Assembly: GCA_017407285.1 (NCBI GenBank)
Contig: JAFQWW010000065.1
Coordinates: 1 to 51,417, forward strand
DNA length: 51,417 nucleotides
Source: Clostridia bacterium
GTDB taxonomy: Bacteria; Bacillota; Clostridia; Christensenellales; RUG350
Reading direction: 5' to 3'
Below, one piece after another: positions 35,568 through 44,532 of the stretch (the stretch's first letter is position 1; each line of letters opens with the position of its first letter). The translations under genes were made by a program, and so were the position numbers. The notes under the pieces were generated by a model, which made no database searches, had not been told where the DNA came from, and saw only the letters and a program-made list of their open reading frames with translations.

Positions 35568-36815
35568 TTATCTCTTGGAGAGAACGCTCTTTTCGTAAGC
35601 TTCTACGTCCTCGAACCAATCTAAATCTCCTTTTACTCCGCAACGAGCGCAATATTCTTCCCAAATAGCGCCGAAAGGCAAGGTCTTGACTGCTTCTTGT
35701 TTTACGAGAAGTTCGGTGTGCGCGCCCTTATCCTGCAAATCCTTAAGCATAGCGTTAGGAGTACACAAAGCGGACAAGAGTGCTTTTTGCCAAGAACGGA
35801 AACCTACCGCCCAAGCAGCGATACGGTTGATGCTTGCATCAAAGTAGTCCAAAGCCATATATACTCTATCCAAAGCGTTGCAACGAACGATTTCTTTTGC
35901 CATCTCTTTAGTTTCGTCGTCAAAAATCAATACGTGGTCGGAGTCCCATCTAACGCCACGAGTAATGTGAAGAGCGATTTCAGGGAAGAAACACAAGAGC
36001 GCGGGGATTTTGTCGGATATGTACTCCATAGGATGATAGTGACCGTTATCCATCAAAGGCAAGCAACCGTCGTGAGTTGCAGCGAAACTCAAGGTAAACT
36101 CTGCAGAACCGGTGGTGTAAGACTCAACGCCGATACCGAAAACTTTGCTCTCAACGCAAGGTTTAACCAAATTCTTATCAAACGGTTCGCTCAAGATCTC
36201 CTCAATAGCCTCTTTATATCTCATACGAGGTCCCATTCTATCTGCAGGGATATCCTTAAAACCGTCACCCGTCCAAATGTTCATAACGCAAGGGAATCCG
36301 GTTTCTTTTGCCATATATTCAGAAATACGAACGCACGCTTTACCGTGTTCAATCCAGAATTTACGAATGTTCTCGTCGGGAGAGGACAAAGTCAAACCGT
36401 CTGCCTTGGGGTGAGCAAAGAAAGTGGGGTTGAAATCAATACCCATGCCTCTCTCTTTTGCAAAATCTACCCATTTCTGGAAATGTTTGGGTTCGAGTTT
36501 GTCTCGATCCACGAATTCACCCTTTTCAAATATAGCGTAGCAAGCGTGAACGTTGAGTTTTTTAGCGCCGGGACACAAAGACATAACCATCTCCATATCC
36601 GCCATCAACTCGTCAGGATTGGTTGCACGACCGGGATAATTACCCGTGGTCTGGATACCACCGCTCAAAGACTCTGCGCCTTCAAAGCCCAAAACGTCGT
36701 CGCCTTGCCAACAATGCAAGGAAATAGGTATATTTTTAAGTTTTTCGATAGCAGCGTCGGTATCGATACCGAGTTCTGCGTACAAGCTTTTTGCCAATTC
36801 GTAACGTGCGCTCAT
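35568..36815 (-). CDS. rhaA: L-rhamnose isomerase
   Basis: The protein is 415 aa. The N-terminal block ...IPISLHCWQGDDVLGFE matches RhaA. Confidence 0.9.
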   Translation of the reverse strand: MSARYELAKSLYAELGIDTDAAIEKLKNIPISLHCWQGDDVLGFEGAESLSGGIQTTGNYPGRATNPDELMADMEMVMSLCPGAKKLNVHACYAIFEKGEFVDRDKLEPKHFQKWVDFAKERGMGIDFNPTFFAHPKADGLTLSSPDENIRKFWIEHGKACVRISEYMAKETGFPCVMNIWTGDGFKDIPADRMGPRMRYKEAIEEILSEPFDKNLVKPCVESKVFGIGVESYTTGSAEFTLSFAATHDGCLPLMDNGHYHPMEYISDKIPALLCFFPEIALHITRGVRWDSDHVLIFDDETKEMAKEIVRCNALDRVYMALDYFDASINRIAAWAVGFRSWQKALLSALCTPNAMLKDLQDKGAHTELLVKQEAVKTLPFGAIWEEYCARCGVKGDLDWFEDVEAYEKSVLSKR

Positions 36816-36972
36816 ATAAAATTCTCCTTTTCGTAATTAAATTACCTATATATGATAACCCGAAACGAGTAAAATGTCAAGACAGTTGAGGACTTTTATT
36901 GTATAATCTCGACTATTGCCTTTTTTTTAACAATGTGATACAATATCAATACTAACACGAAAAAGAGGTTTT

Positions 36973-38085
36973 ATGAAAACGGACGTTATAATACCTTCCG
37001 CTGGTAGCGGAACGAGAATGAATAAATCAATAAACAAACTTTTTTTGCCCTTAGGTGACGGTTGCGTTTTGGAAAAAACCTTTCGCGCCTTTCTCTCCCA
37101 CCCCGATATTGAAAATCTTATCGTGCCGTGTAGAGAGGAAGACCAGACTTTTATCCACTCTATAATTGAGAAACTCGGCGCAAACGACAGAATTATATGC
37201 GTGTTAGGTGGAAAAACTCGAACGGAATCGGTGCTAAACGCCCTACGCGAGGTCAAAACGCAAAACCTTTTGATTCACGACGGCGCAAGACCTTTTATTG
37301 ATTCCGACACCATAACGAGGGTTATTCAAAAAACTATTGAGTGTGGCGCGTGCATACCCGTCCTACCCCCTCACGACACAGTAAAAGAGGTAAAAGATAA
37401 CGTGGTCCTATCCACACTAACTCGTGAAAACCTAGCGCTCGTGCAAACTCCGCAAGGATTTAACACACAAAAACTTATATTTGCATACCAAAATAGACGA
37501 GAAGGCGTAGTCTACACAGACGACGCTTCCGTTTACGAGGAGATTGGTCAAGTTCACGTGGTTTTGGGAAATGCGAACAATATCAAACTCACCACCCCTA
37601 ACGACGTCAAAAAAGAATACCTATCGGGCGTAGGCTTTGACGCGCATAGATTTGAAAAAGGTAGAGATTTGATACTAGGCGGAGTCAAAATACCTCATGA
37701 CAAAGGACTTCTCGGTCACTCGGATGCAGACGTAGTACTCCACGCCCTTATGGACGCCCTACTCTCAAGCGTACACGAGCGAGATATAGGTTATCATTTC
37801 CCGTGCACGGAGGAGTTTAAGGATATATCAAGCGTAGAACTTTTGAAAAGGGTGTTGAAAATTTTACAAACACACGACGCGGAAATCGTCAACGCCTCTA
37901 TCGTAATAGTTGCAGAAAAGCCCAAACTCTCCCCTCATATAAACGAAATCGGGGAAAATATAGCAAAATTATTAGGCATTTCGAGCCAAAAAGTTTCCTT
38001 GACTGCAACCACAACGGAAAAACTCGGTTTTACGGGGCGTGAAGAGGGTATTGCGTGCGAGGCTATAGTTTCGGTTAGAGCGTAA
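36973..38085 (+). CDS. ispDF: Bifunctional IspD/IspF (MEP cytidylyltransferase / MEcPP synthase)
   Basis: The N-terminal half has IIPSAGSGTRM (IspD). The C-terminal half has GVGFDAHRFEKGRDLILGGVKIPHDKGLLGHSDADVVLHAL (IspF). Confidence 0.9.
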   Translation: MKTDVIIPSAGSGTRMNKSINKLFLPLGDGCVLEKTFRAFLSHPDIENLIVPCREEDQTFIHSIIEKLGANDRIICVLGGKTRTESVLNALREVKTQNLLIHDGARPFIDSDTITRVIQKTIECGACIPVLPPHDTVKEVKDNVVLSTLTRENLALVQTPQGFNTQKLIFAYQNRREGVVYTDDASVYEEIGQVHVVLGNANNIKLTTPNDVKKEYLSGVGFDAHRFEKGRDLILGGVKIPHDKGLLGHSDADVVLHALMDALLSSVHERDIGYHFPCTEEFKDISSVELLKRVLKILQTHDAEIVNASIVIVAEKPKLSPHINEIGENIAKLLGISSQKVSLTATTTEKLGFTGREEGIACEAIVSVRA

Positions 38086-38089
38086 GGAG

Positions 38090-38115
38090 AACGGTCACTA
38101 AAGTGACCGTTTTTA
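38090..38115 (+). terminator. Terminator after ispDF
   Basis: The hairpin AACGGTCAC-TAAA-GTGACCGTT is followed by TTT. Confidence 0.7.
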
Positions 38116-38205
38116 TTTTATAAAAACTTTTATTTTCGTCCTTTTCCCTTGACTTAAATATTTTTAGAGAGTACAATCAAGTCAATACTATGGAAGGTGC
38201 TTAAA

Positions 38206-39630
38206 ATGAGTGTTTCCAAAACAGAAAAAAGATCACGCGTACTTGACATGACTAAAGGTTCTATATTGAAAAACCTTTTGTTGTTTGCAGGTCCTTTAGC
38301 TGCAACTAGCGTACTCCAACTTTTATTCAATGCGGCAGATATGGTCGTTGTCGGACAGTTTTCTCCCGATTCCTCTACCGCAGTTGGCGCAATAGGCGCA
38401 ACTGGAACCCTTATCAACCTTTTTATCAACTTTTTCATGGGACTTTCCATAGGCGCTACCGTACTTATTGCTAGATATTTCGGCGCAGGACGAGAAAAAG
38501 ACATGAGCGAGACGGTACATACCGCCGTTTTGGTTAGTATTATAAGCGGTATCATCATGACCGTGCTTGGAATACTTTTCGCAAACACTATGTTGAGCAT
38601 GATGAACACTCAACCCGAACATTTCCCTCTATCCTCGCGCTATCTACAAATATATTTTGCAGGAATAACCGCAACTATGGTTTACAACTTCGGTTCTGCT
38701 ATACTTAGAGCGGTCGGCGACACCAAAAGACCGTTGATATTCCTTGCAATATCGGGCGTGATTAACGTATTTTTTAATATTATCTTCGTCGTCGTATTCC
38801 AAATGAGCGTTGAGGGCGTAGCTATTGCTACCGTTATTTCCCAAACCGTTGCAGCTATTATGGTTTTGTGGTATCTTGCAAAGCAGAAAAACGCACTGCG
38901 TTTATCATTCAAAAAACTAAAAATCCAAAAGAAAAAGCTTCTTGATATACTAAAACTCGGAATACCTGCAGGCGTGCAGAGTACGATGTTTTCAATCTCC
39001 AATATTATCATTCAAAGTTCGATAAACGGATTCGGTGCAGTCGTCGTAAACGGACACGCGGCAGCGTCGAGCATTGAAGGTTTCGTATACGCTCCGATGA
39101 ACGCCTTCCACCACGCTTCTTTGTCCTTTACTGCCCAAAACATAGGCGCAGGTCAAAATAAGCGAATCAATAAAGCCGTCTTTTTGTCCCCTCTTTGCGC
39201 CACCATCATCGGGCTTTTCTTGGGACTTTTAGCCTACACCTTGGCTACTCCTTTGCTTGGCTTGTACATCACCGAGCCCGATCCTATACTTCAGAGCCAA
39301 ACCATATTATACGGCATAGAGCGTATGGGAACGGTGTGCGTACTCTACTTTATGTGCGGAATGATGGACGCATTATCCGGAATTGCAAGAGGCGCGGGTT
39401 ACTCGCTAACTCCTACCCTTATAAATATGATTGGTGTTTGCGGTATACGTATGCTTTGGATATTTACCGTGTTTGCAGATCCCGCGTATCACACTATCAA
39501 CACCTTGCTCTTCTCCTACCCCCTAACTTGGGGCTTGGTAATAGTGGCGTTGATTGTGTTCTACTTGACCGTCGTTCGCCACGGAGTGAAGCGTCAATGC
39601 GAGCAAAATCTACAATTTTCTCACAAATAA
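38206..39630 (+). CDS. MATE-family efflux transporter
   Basis: The ATG at 38206 lies 8 nt after GGAAGG. The protein has 12 TM segments, with MATE-like ILKNLLLFAGPLAATSVLQLLFNAADMVVVG. Confidence 0.85.
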   Translation: MSVSKTEKRSRVLDMTKGSILKNLLLFAGPLAATSVLQLLFNAADMVVVGQFSPDSSTAVGAIGATGTLINLFINFFMGLSIGATVLIARYFGAGREKDMSETVHTAVLVSIISGIIMTVLGILFANTMLSMMNTQPEHFPLSSRYLQIYFAGITATMVYNFGSAILRAVGDTKRPLIFLAISGVINVFFNIIFVVVFQMSVEGVAIATVISQTVAAIMVLWYLAKQKNALRLSFKKLKIQKKKLLDILKLGIPAGVQSTMFSISNIIIQSSINGFGAVVVNGHAAASSIEGFVYAPMNAFHHASLSFTAQNIGAGQNKRINKAVFLSPLCATIIGLFLGLLAYTLATPLLGLYITEPDPILQSQTILYGIERMGTVCVLYFMCGMMDALSGIARGAGYSLTPTLINMIGVCGIRMLWIFTVFADPAYHTINTLLFSYPLTWGLVIVALIVFYLTVVRHGVKRQCEQNLQFSHK

Positions 39631-39633
39631 TGG

Positions 39634-39671
39634 AAAACGCCCTCGTTTTTGTTGACAACGAGGGCGTTTTT
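39634..39671 (+). terminator. Terminator after the MATE gene
   Basis: A 14-bp stem AAAACGCCCTCGTT/AACGAGGGCGTTTT is followed by a T-run. Confidence 0.8.
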
Positions 39672-39704
39672 AATATAATATTGTCTAAAACCGAATATAC
39701 CTGT

Positions 39705-39816
39705 TGAATCCGTAGGGTAATACCGACGGTGGAAGGAACTCTGGAGAACTCCGTAACCATTCGGAGTGCCGAAGGTGCAAGGCTCACGCCGAATCTCTCA
39801 GGCAAAAGGACAGAGA
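39705..39816 (+). promoter_or_regulatory. Glycine riboswitch (single aptamer)
   Basis: The conserved core is CTCTGGAGA...GCCGAAGGTGCAA...CTCAGGCAAAAGGACAGAG. P1 pairs CTCTG with CAGAG. It lies upstream of an alanine/glycine:cation symporter, a classic context. Confidence 0.85.
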
Positions 39817-39833
39817 AAAAACTTTTGTTTTCA

Positions 39834-39861
39834 GCGTTCCGTATATTCGGAACGTTTTTTT
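39834..39861 (+). terminator. Riboswitch expression-platform terminator
   Basis: The hairpin CGTTCCG-TATATT-CGGAACG is followed by T7. It lies 16 nt before the symporter ATG region. Confidence 0.75.
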
Positions 39862-39877
39862 ATTCTAGGAGGTTATT

Positions 39878-41290
39878 ATGTTAGAAGTTATTCAAACGAT
39901 CAACTCTTACCTCACTGACTACGCTCTTATCATTCTTTTGGTAGGAACGGGTATCTTCTTCACGATTCGCACTCGTTTCGTGCAAGTTAGATGTTTTGGT
40001 GAAGGTATGCGTAACGTTTTCGGAAAGATTAAGTTCCGTGGTGGCGCGCAGAAATCCGGTATGAGTTCCTTCCAAGCTCTTGCGACGGCGGTTGCCGCCC
40101 AAGTAGGTACGGGTAACATAGTCGGTGCGTGCGGTGCTATATTGATTGGTGGTCCCGGTGCTATTTTCTGGATGTGGATCATCGCGTTCTTCGGTATGGC
40201 TACTATCTACGCAGAGGCTACCCTTGCTCAAAAGACCAAGGTCGTTGGCGAAGACGGACAGGTTGCTGGTGGTCCCGTATACTACATTAAGCAAGCGTTC
40301 AAGGGCAAATTTGGAAAATTCTTGGCTGGTTTCTTTGCAGTAGCTATTATATTGGCTTTGGGCTTCATGGGCTCTATGGTTCAGTCCAACTCCATAGGTG
40401 TAGCAGTTAACGGTGCAACTAGTATCCCCACTTGGGTAGTTGGTATCGTTATCGCAGGACTTTGCGCTCTTATCTATATCGGTGGAACCAAACGTCTTGC
40501 TGCCGTTACCGAAAAACTCGTACCCATTATGGCTCTCGTTTATATCGTTGGTGGTTTGCTCATTATTGCATTCAACATCACGGCAATACCCGAAACCTTC
40601 GGCTTGATATTTAACTGCGCTTTCAATCCTACCGCTATCGCAGGTGGCGCACTAGGTTACACCTTAAAAGCTGCTATTAGCCAAGGCGCTAAACGTGGAC
40701 TTTTCTCCAACGAAGCAGGTATGGGTTCTACCCCTCACGCTCACGCTCAAGCAAACGTTAAAACTCCCCACGAACAGGGAACGGTTGCTATGGCAGGTGT
40801 GTTCATCGATACCTTCGTAGTATTGACTATAACCGCGCTTATCGTTATCTCCACCTTGTACGCAAACGGCGGACCTTTGTCTATAGGCGTTATCGGTGAC
40901 GTTACTAAGAACAACATGGTTCAGTTGAGTATCGCAAGTTTGTTTGAAAACGCAACCTTGGGCTCTACCGTTGGATCTATCTTCGTAGCCGTATGTTTGT
41001 CTTTCTTTGCATTCTCCACTATTATTAGTTGGAACTTGTTTGGTAAGATCAACTACAACTACCTCTTCGGCAAAAAGACCACGATTATCTACTCTATCGT
41101 AGCTATCGTGTTCACCTTCCTCGGCTCTATCCTCTCCAGTGACTTGGTATGGGAGCTCACCGACTTCTTTAACTACTTGATGGTTATCCCGAACGTTATA
41201 GCACTTTGGGCACTCTCCTCTCTCGTTGCAAAAGAAGCAAAAGATGCAAGACGCAGAAAGAAAGGGGAATTACCCTTACAAAATCAGTAA
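39878..41290 (+). CDS. Alanine/glycine:cation symporter (AGCS family)
   Basis: A GGAGGT RBS is present. The AGCS signature is SFQALATAVAAQVGTGNIVG. Confidence 0.9.
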   Translation: MLEVIQTINSYLTDYALIILLVGTGIFFTIRTRFVQVRCFGEGMRNVFGKIKFRGGAQKSGMSSFQALATAVAAQVGTGNIVGACGAILIGGPGAIFWMWIIAFFGMATIYAEATLAQKTKVVGEDGQVAGGPVYYIKQAFKGKFGKFLAGFFAVAIILALGFMGSMVQSNSIGVAVNGATSIPTWVVGIVIAGLCALIYIGGTKRLAAVTEKLVPIMALVYIVGGLLIIAFNITAIPETFGLIFNCAFNPTAIAGGALGYTLKAAISQGAKRGLFSNEAGMGSTPHAHAQANVKTPHEQGTVAMAGVFIDTFVVLTITALIVISTLYANGGPLSIGVIGDVTKNNMVQLSIASLFENATLGSTVGSIFVAVCLSFFAFSTIISWNLFGKINYNYLFGKKTTIIYSIVAIVFTFLGSILSSDLVWELTDFFNYLMVIPNVIALWALSSLVAKEAKDARRRKKGELPLQNQ

Positions 41291-41300
41291 ATAAAAAGAG

Positions 41301-41330
41301 AAAAACGCAACCTACGGGTTGCGTTTTTTT
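41301..41330. terminator. Bidirectional terminator between the symporter and the ferritin-like gene
   Basis: The hairpin is AACGCAACC-TACG-GGTTGCGTT with flanking A- and T-runs. Confidence 0.8.
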
Positions 41331-41342
41331 ATTCACTACAAA

Positions 41343-42620
41343 CTAATCGTTGCAAAAAAAGTCGGAGGATTTTGCAGCGTTCGCCTTTCTTCCAACCGAA
41401 ACGTTGTCCTCTCTCCTGTTTCTGAGTTCTACAACAGGGCTTGGCGCTACTTGATATCTATAGTCCATACCGTAGTGACGAATATACTCATCAATCACGT
41501 TGTGTGAGGGAACTATATCGGTGTTGGGGTTGACTATGTTTTGGTATTTGAAAAAGTCCGCGTCCTCTTTTAGTTCTTTTATCTTATAATACTCCTCTTT
41601 GACCGAGGTAAATTGTACGGTATCGGCAAGTATACGTCTAACGTACTCGATATTTTGATGCAAGGACAAAGGAGCAGGGAACTCTCCGTCGGGGATAACC
41701 TCGTACCAGTCCTTGTTTTCGTATTTTTTGAGTAAGTCCACCGCCCTATGCAAATGTGTAATCTCGTAATCAAGATATTCTTCCCAAAGATTTTTGATAT
41801 ACGAATCGGTTTCGGTCATATAGCAAGACCAATAGAGATAACATTCGCAGTATTCGTGCCACAAAAGCATTTCAAACCAACTTGCGGACGCGTCCATTAA
41901 GGATTCGTAATGGCTAACGTGCTCCTCTTCCACCAACGCAATCTCTTGATAAAGTCTGCGACCTATATCGCTTTTAGCAAAATTGGTTACGTTCATATAG
42001 TAGTTCATAGTTTGTTGTTCCGCTGCCGTGATTATCATCGTAGTCAAAACGGTCATAACGTCCGACACTTTGGCGTTTATAGGTCTTTTTACGTTGTCGA
42101 TAGGATATCTATGTTCCGATATCGTAGGTCTACCGGGCATAATCTCGGTGTATCTACCCACTAACCACTCGGCGTACACCCCTTCGGTTGCTTCGAGTAG
42201 ATTTGCGTAGCGATATAGGTGGTCAAAGTCCTCTAAAAGCGCAAAATCTAGAGCGGTCTTGACGTAGCAGTCCACCTCTCTTTTTGCAAGTTCGGCAGTC
42301 AAATCTACCGCTAGCTGTTCGTAACCAATGGTGTGTTCCAAAATGGACTCGTCGCAAGGTTTTAAAAGTGAGATTTTTAGTTGTTGTTGCTTTTCAACCT
42401 CACGAGTCAAGGCTAACTCTCGCCTCAAGTCGTTGTTAGGTGCGTGGCGCGCGAAGTTGTGCGAAAACCAATTCGCCTCAAATTCCGTACCGTTCATCAA
42501 AATAATACGCGTTTTTGTATAAGGGTCCACCTCCCTTTTGTCATACGGCTTGGGATATAGTTGCGCCCAATTTTGGAACTGCTTATCTATACTACTCGCC
42601 TTTTCTAAAAACGGATTCAT
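41343..42620 (-). CDS. Ferritin-like / di-iron carboxylate superfamily protein (function unknown)
   Basis: The start is trimmed to the ATG at 42620 (MNPFLEKASS...), preceded by GGAGGGA. It is predicted to be helical and has ExxH-type motifs (LLEDFDHLY, LVEEEHVSHYESL). Confidence 0.45.
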   Translation of the reverse strand: MNPFLEKASSIDKQFQNWAQLYPKPYDKREVDPYTKTRIILMNGTEFEANWFSHNFARHAPNNDLRRELALTREVEKQQQLKISLLKPCDESILEHTIGYEQLAVDLTAELAKREVDCYVKTALDFALLEDFDHLYRYANLLEATEGVYAEWLVGRYTEIMPGRPTISEHRYPIDNVKRPINAKVSDVMTVLTTMIITAAEQQTMNYYMNVTNFAKSDIGRRLYQEIALVEEEHVSHYESLMDASASWFEMLLWHEYCECYLYWSCYMTETDSYIKNLWEEYLDYEITHLHRAVDLLKKYENKDWYEVIPDGEFPAPLSLHQNIEYVRRILADTVQFTSVKEEYYKIKELKEDADFFKYQNIVNPNTDIVPSHNVIDEYIRHYGMDYRYQVAPSPVVELRNRREDNVSVGRKANAAKSSDFFCND

Positions 42621-42829
42621 AAATCCCTCCTTGTCTTTTCTTTCTATCCTATGCAAGGGGGAATTTTTTTGTTAAAAATAAAAAGCCACTAGCTTAGTGG
42701 CGTAGCGATAAATCCCTATCGCTACGCCACAACTATATTTGCCTAACGGCAAGTTATATTGCTATCGCAGTGATATTTTGCTTTGCAAAGTGATATTTTC
42801 ACTATCGTGAAAGTTGAGGCAAATATATT

Positions 42830-43005
42830 AAAACTTTGGCGTAGCCAAAATATAACGCAAGGTACTTGCATATAACTTTTAGCCACAAGGCTAAAAATAC
42901 AACTTGTTTTATTTAATTACTGTGGTAAAGATAAAGCCCACTATATTTCGCTTTTTTGCGAAGTATAGTGGGCTACACTTTTATTTTGAATTGAAATCCC
43001 TATGT
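42830..43005 (+). repeat. Intergenic hairpin-chain repeat element, copy 1
   Basis: I aligned it by eye to 49410..49580. Shared blocks are TAACGCAA, GCATATAAC/GCATATCAC, CTTTTAGCCACAAGGCTAAAAATA, TGTGGTAAAGATAAAGCCCACTA, TTTCGC..TTTTTGCGAAGT, TAGTGGGCTA and AAAT(T/C)CCCT. Confidence 0.75.
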
Positions 43006-43046
43006 CTATTGCAATTTAACTTAGTGACTTTTAGTGCGTTTCCCTT

Positions 43047-44387
43047 TTATTTTAAGAATACCTCTATTACGGGTACGACTACGTCGGGTTTTACCTCGGG
43101 GAGGTTAAAGTATAGAGTCGTTTCATCGTGCTCTGCGTATTTAGTGAGTACACCGGCAGGACGTATTGGCATTTTGTTGTACAAAATCTCACTGCCGTCG
43201 TGCAAGAACTGCGCGTAATCAACTTTATCCGCCATGTTTGCCATTTCAAGTTTCTTGAAAGGATATTCAAACAAATGGATATACAAGCGTTTTCCATCAT
43301 TTGACTGCGTGAGTTTGCAACCCTCGGGCGCTTCAAACTGCGCGTCTGCCTTTCCGCAACCGTAGATAGATCTATCGTTATACTTCATCCACTCTTCGTA
43401 TACCCCAAGCGCACTCTCTGCACGTTTGTCAAGATAACCCCTTGAGGTCGGTCCTATATTCATAATAAGGTTTCCGCCACACGATACGATATTTATCAAT
43501 AACTGTATAAGCATGGTGGGAGATTTCCAAGTCTGCTCATCTCTATGATATCCCCAAGAACCGGAGAAGGTGTGACACGCTTCCCATACCAACGGCTCGC
43601 CCGTTTCTTTATCAAATACACCGTACTTTATAGCGGACTGTTCGGGAGTGGTAATATCTTGCAATATTCCCGTTCTATCGTTGATAATTATATCGGGTTG
43701 GAGTTCACGAATCATTTTAACGAGGTTTTCTGCGTCCCAATCCTCTCGACCTTTGCCCTTCATCCAATCTTTAGCGTCCTCCCAAGGACAAAGCGATCCC
43801 CAGTTTTTGTCCGTATAGGAAAAGTCGAACCACAAAATGTCTATTTTGCCGTAGTTGGTCATTATCTCGCGCACTTGATTAAACAAATACTCGCGATATT
43901 TAGCCATATCTCTACCCTGATTTTGCTCGTACGCATCCTTGTCGTTACGTCTAGGATGCAACCAGTCTATAGTAAAGTCGGGATGATGCCAATCTATCAA
44001 AGAGTGGTATAATCCCACCTTCAATCCTACCTCACGGCACGCATCTACGAACTCTTTTACGATATCCTTGCCGTAAGGGGTGTTCATAACGGTGTAGTCA
44101 GAGTATTTAGAATCGAATAAGCAAAAACCTTCGTGGTGCTTGGTGGTAAGTACGGCGTACTTCATACCCGCTTTCTTAGCTCTCTTTACCCAATCTCGAA
44201 CGTCCAACATATCGGGATTGAAATATTTGAAATATTTGTCGTACTTTTCCTCGCTAATACACTCTATATTTTTGATCCACTCGTGACGAGCAGGCAAGGA
44301 ATAGAGTCCGAAATGTATAAACATTCCAAATCTATCGTGTACGAACCAATCGGTATCAACTATGGTTTTAAGTTTTTTAGATTGCAT
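43047..44387 (-). CDS. Alpha-L-fucosidase (GH29)
   Basis: The start is trimmed to the ATG at 44387 (MQSKKLKTIVDTDWF...), which has an AAGGAG RBS. The GH29 N-terminal block is DRFGMFIHFGLYSLPARHEW. Confidence 0.85.
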   Translation of the reverse strand: MQSKKLKTIVDTDWFVHDRFGMFIHFGLYSLPARHEWIKNIECISEEKYDKYFKYFNPDMLDVRDWVKRAKKAGMKYAVLTTKHHEGFCLFDSKYSDYTVMNTPYGKDIVKEFVDACREVGLKVGLYHSLIDWHHPDFTIDWLHPRRNDKDAYEQNQGRDMAKYREYLFNQVREIMTNYGKIDILWFDFSYTDKNWGSLCPWEDAKDWMKGKGREDWDAENLVKMIRELQPDIIINDRTGILQDITTPEQSAIKYGVFDKETGEPLVWEACHTFSGSWGYHRDEQTWKSPTMLIQLLINIVSCGGNLIMNIGPTSRGYLDKRAESALGVYEEWMKYNDRSIYGCGKADAQFEAPEGCKLTQSNDGKRLYIHLFEYPFKKLEMANMADKVDYAQFLHDGSEILYNKMPIRPAGVLTKYAEHDETTLYFNLPEVKPDVVVPVIEVFLK

Positions 44388-44493
44388 AATAATTATCTCC
44401 TTGAGTGATATGCTTATAATACAAGAGCGCAAGATTATAATCAAGTAATTTATCAAGAAAATATATAACGAAAGTTACTTTTTTCTCGAAAAA

Positions 44494-44527
44494 CAAAAAA
44501 ATCCTACCTCATTTTGGTAGGATTTTT
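44494..44527 (-). terminator. Terminator after the cytidylate-kinase-like gene
   Basis: The hairpin is ATCCTACC-TCATTTT-GGTAGGAT with flanking A- and T-runs. Confidence 0.7.
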
Positions 44528-44532
44528 CCAAT

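Noticed and set aside
42657-43046. Integron attC sites / gene-cassette array, suggested by GCCTAAC (42741-42747) and ATCTAAC (49420-49426) matching RYYYAAC and GTTAGAT (29-35) matching GTTRRRY
   Set aside because: There is no intI integrase. The flanking genes are large, in mixed orientation and of housekeeping type. The spacing (6.4 kb) and the multi-hairpin structure do not fit attC architecture. The core-site matches are short and expected by chance.
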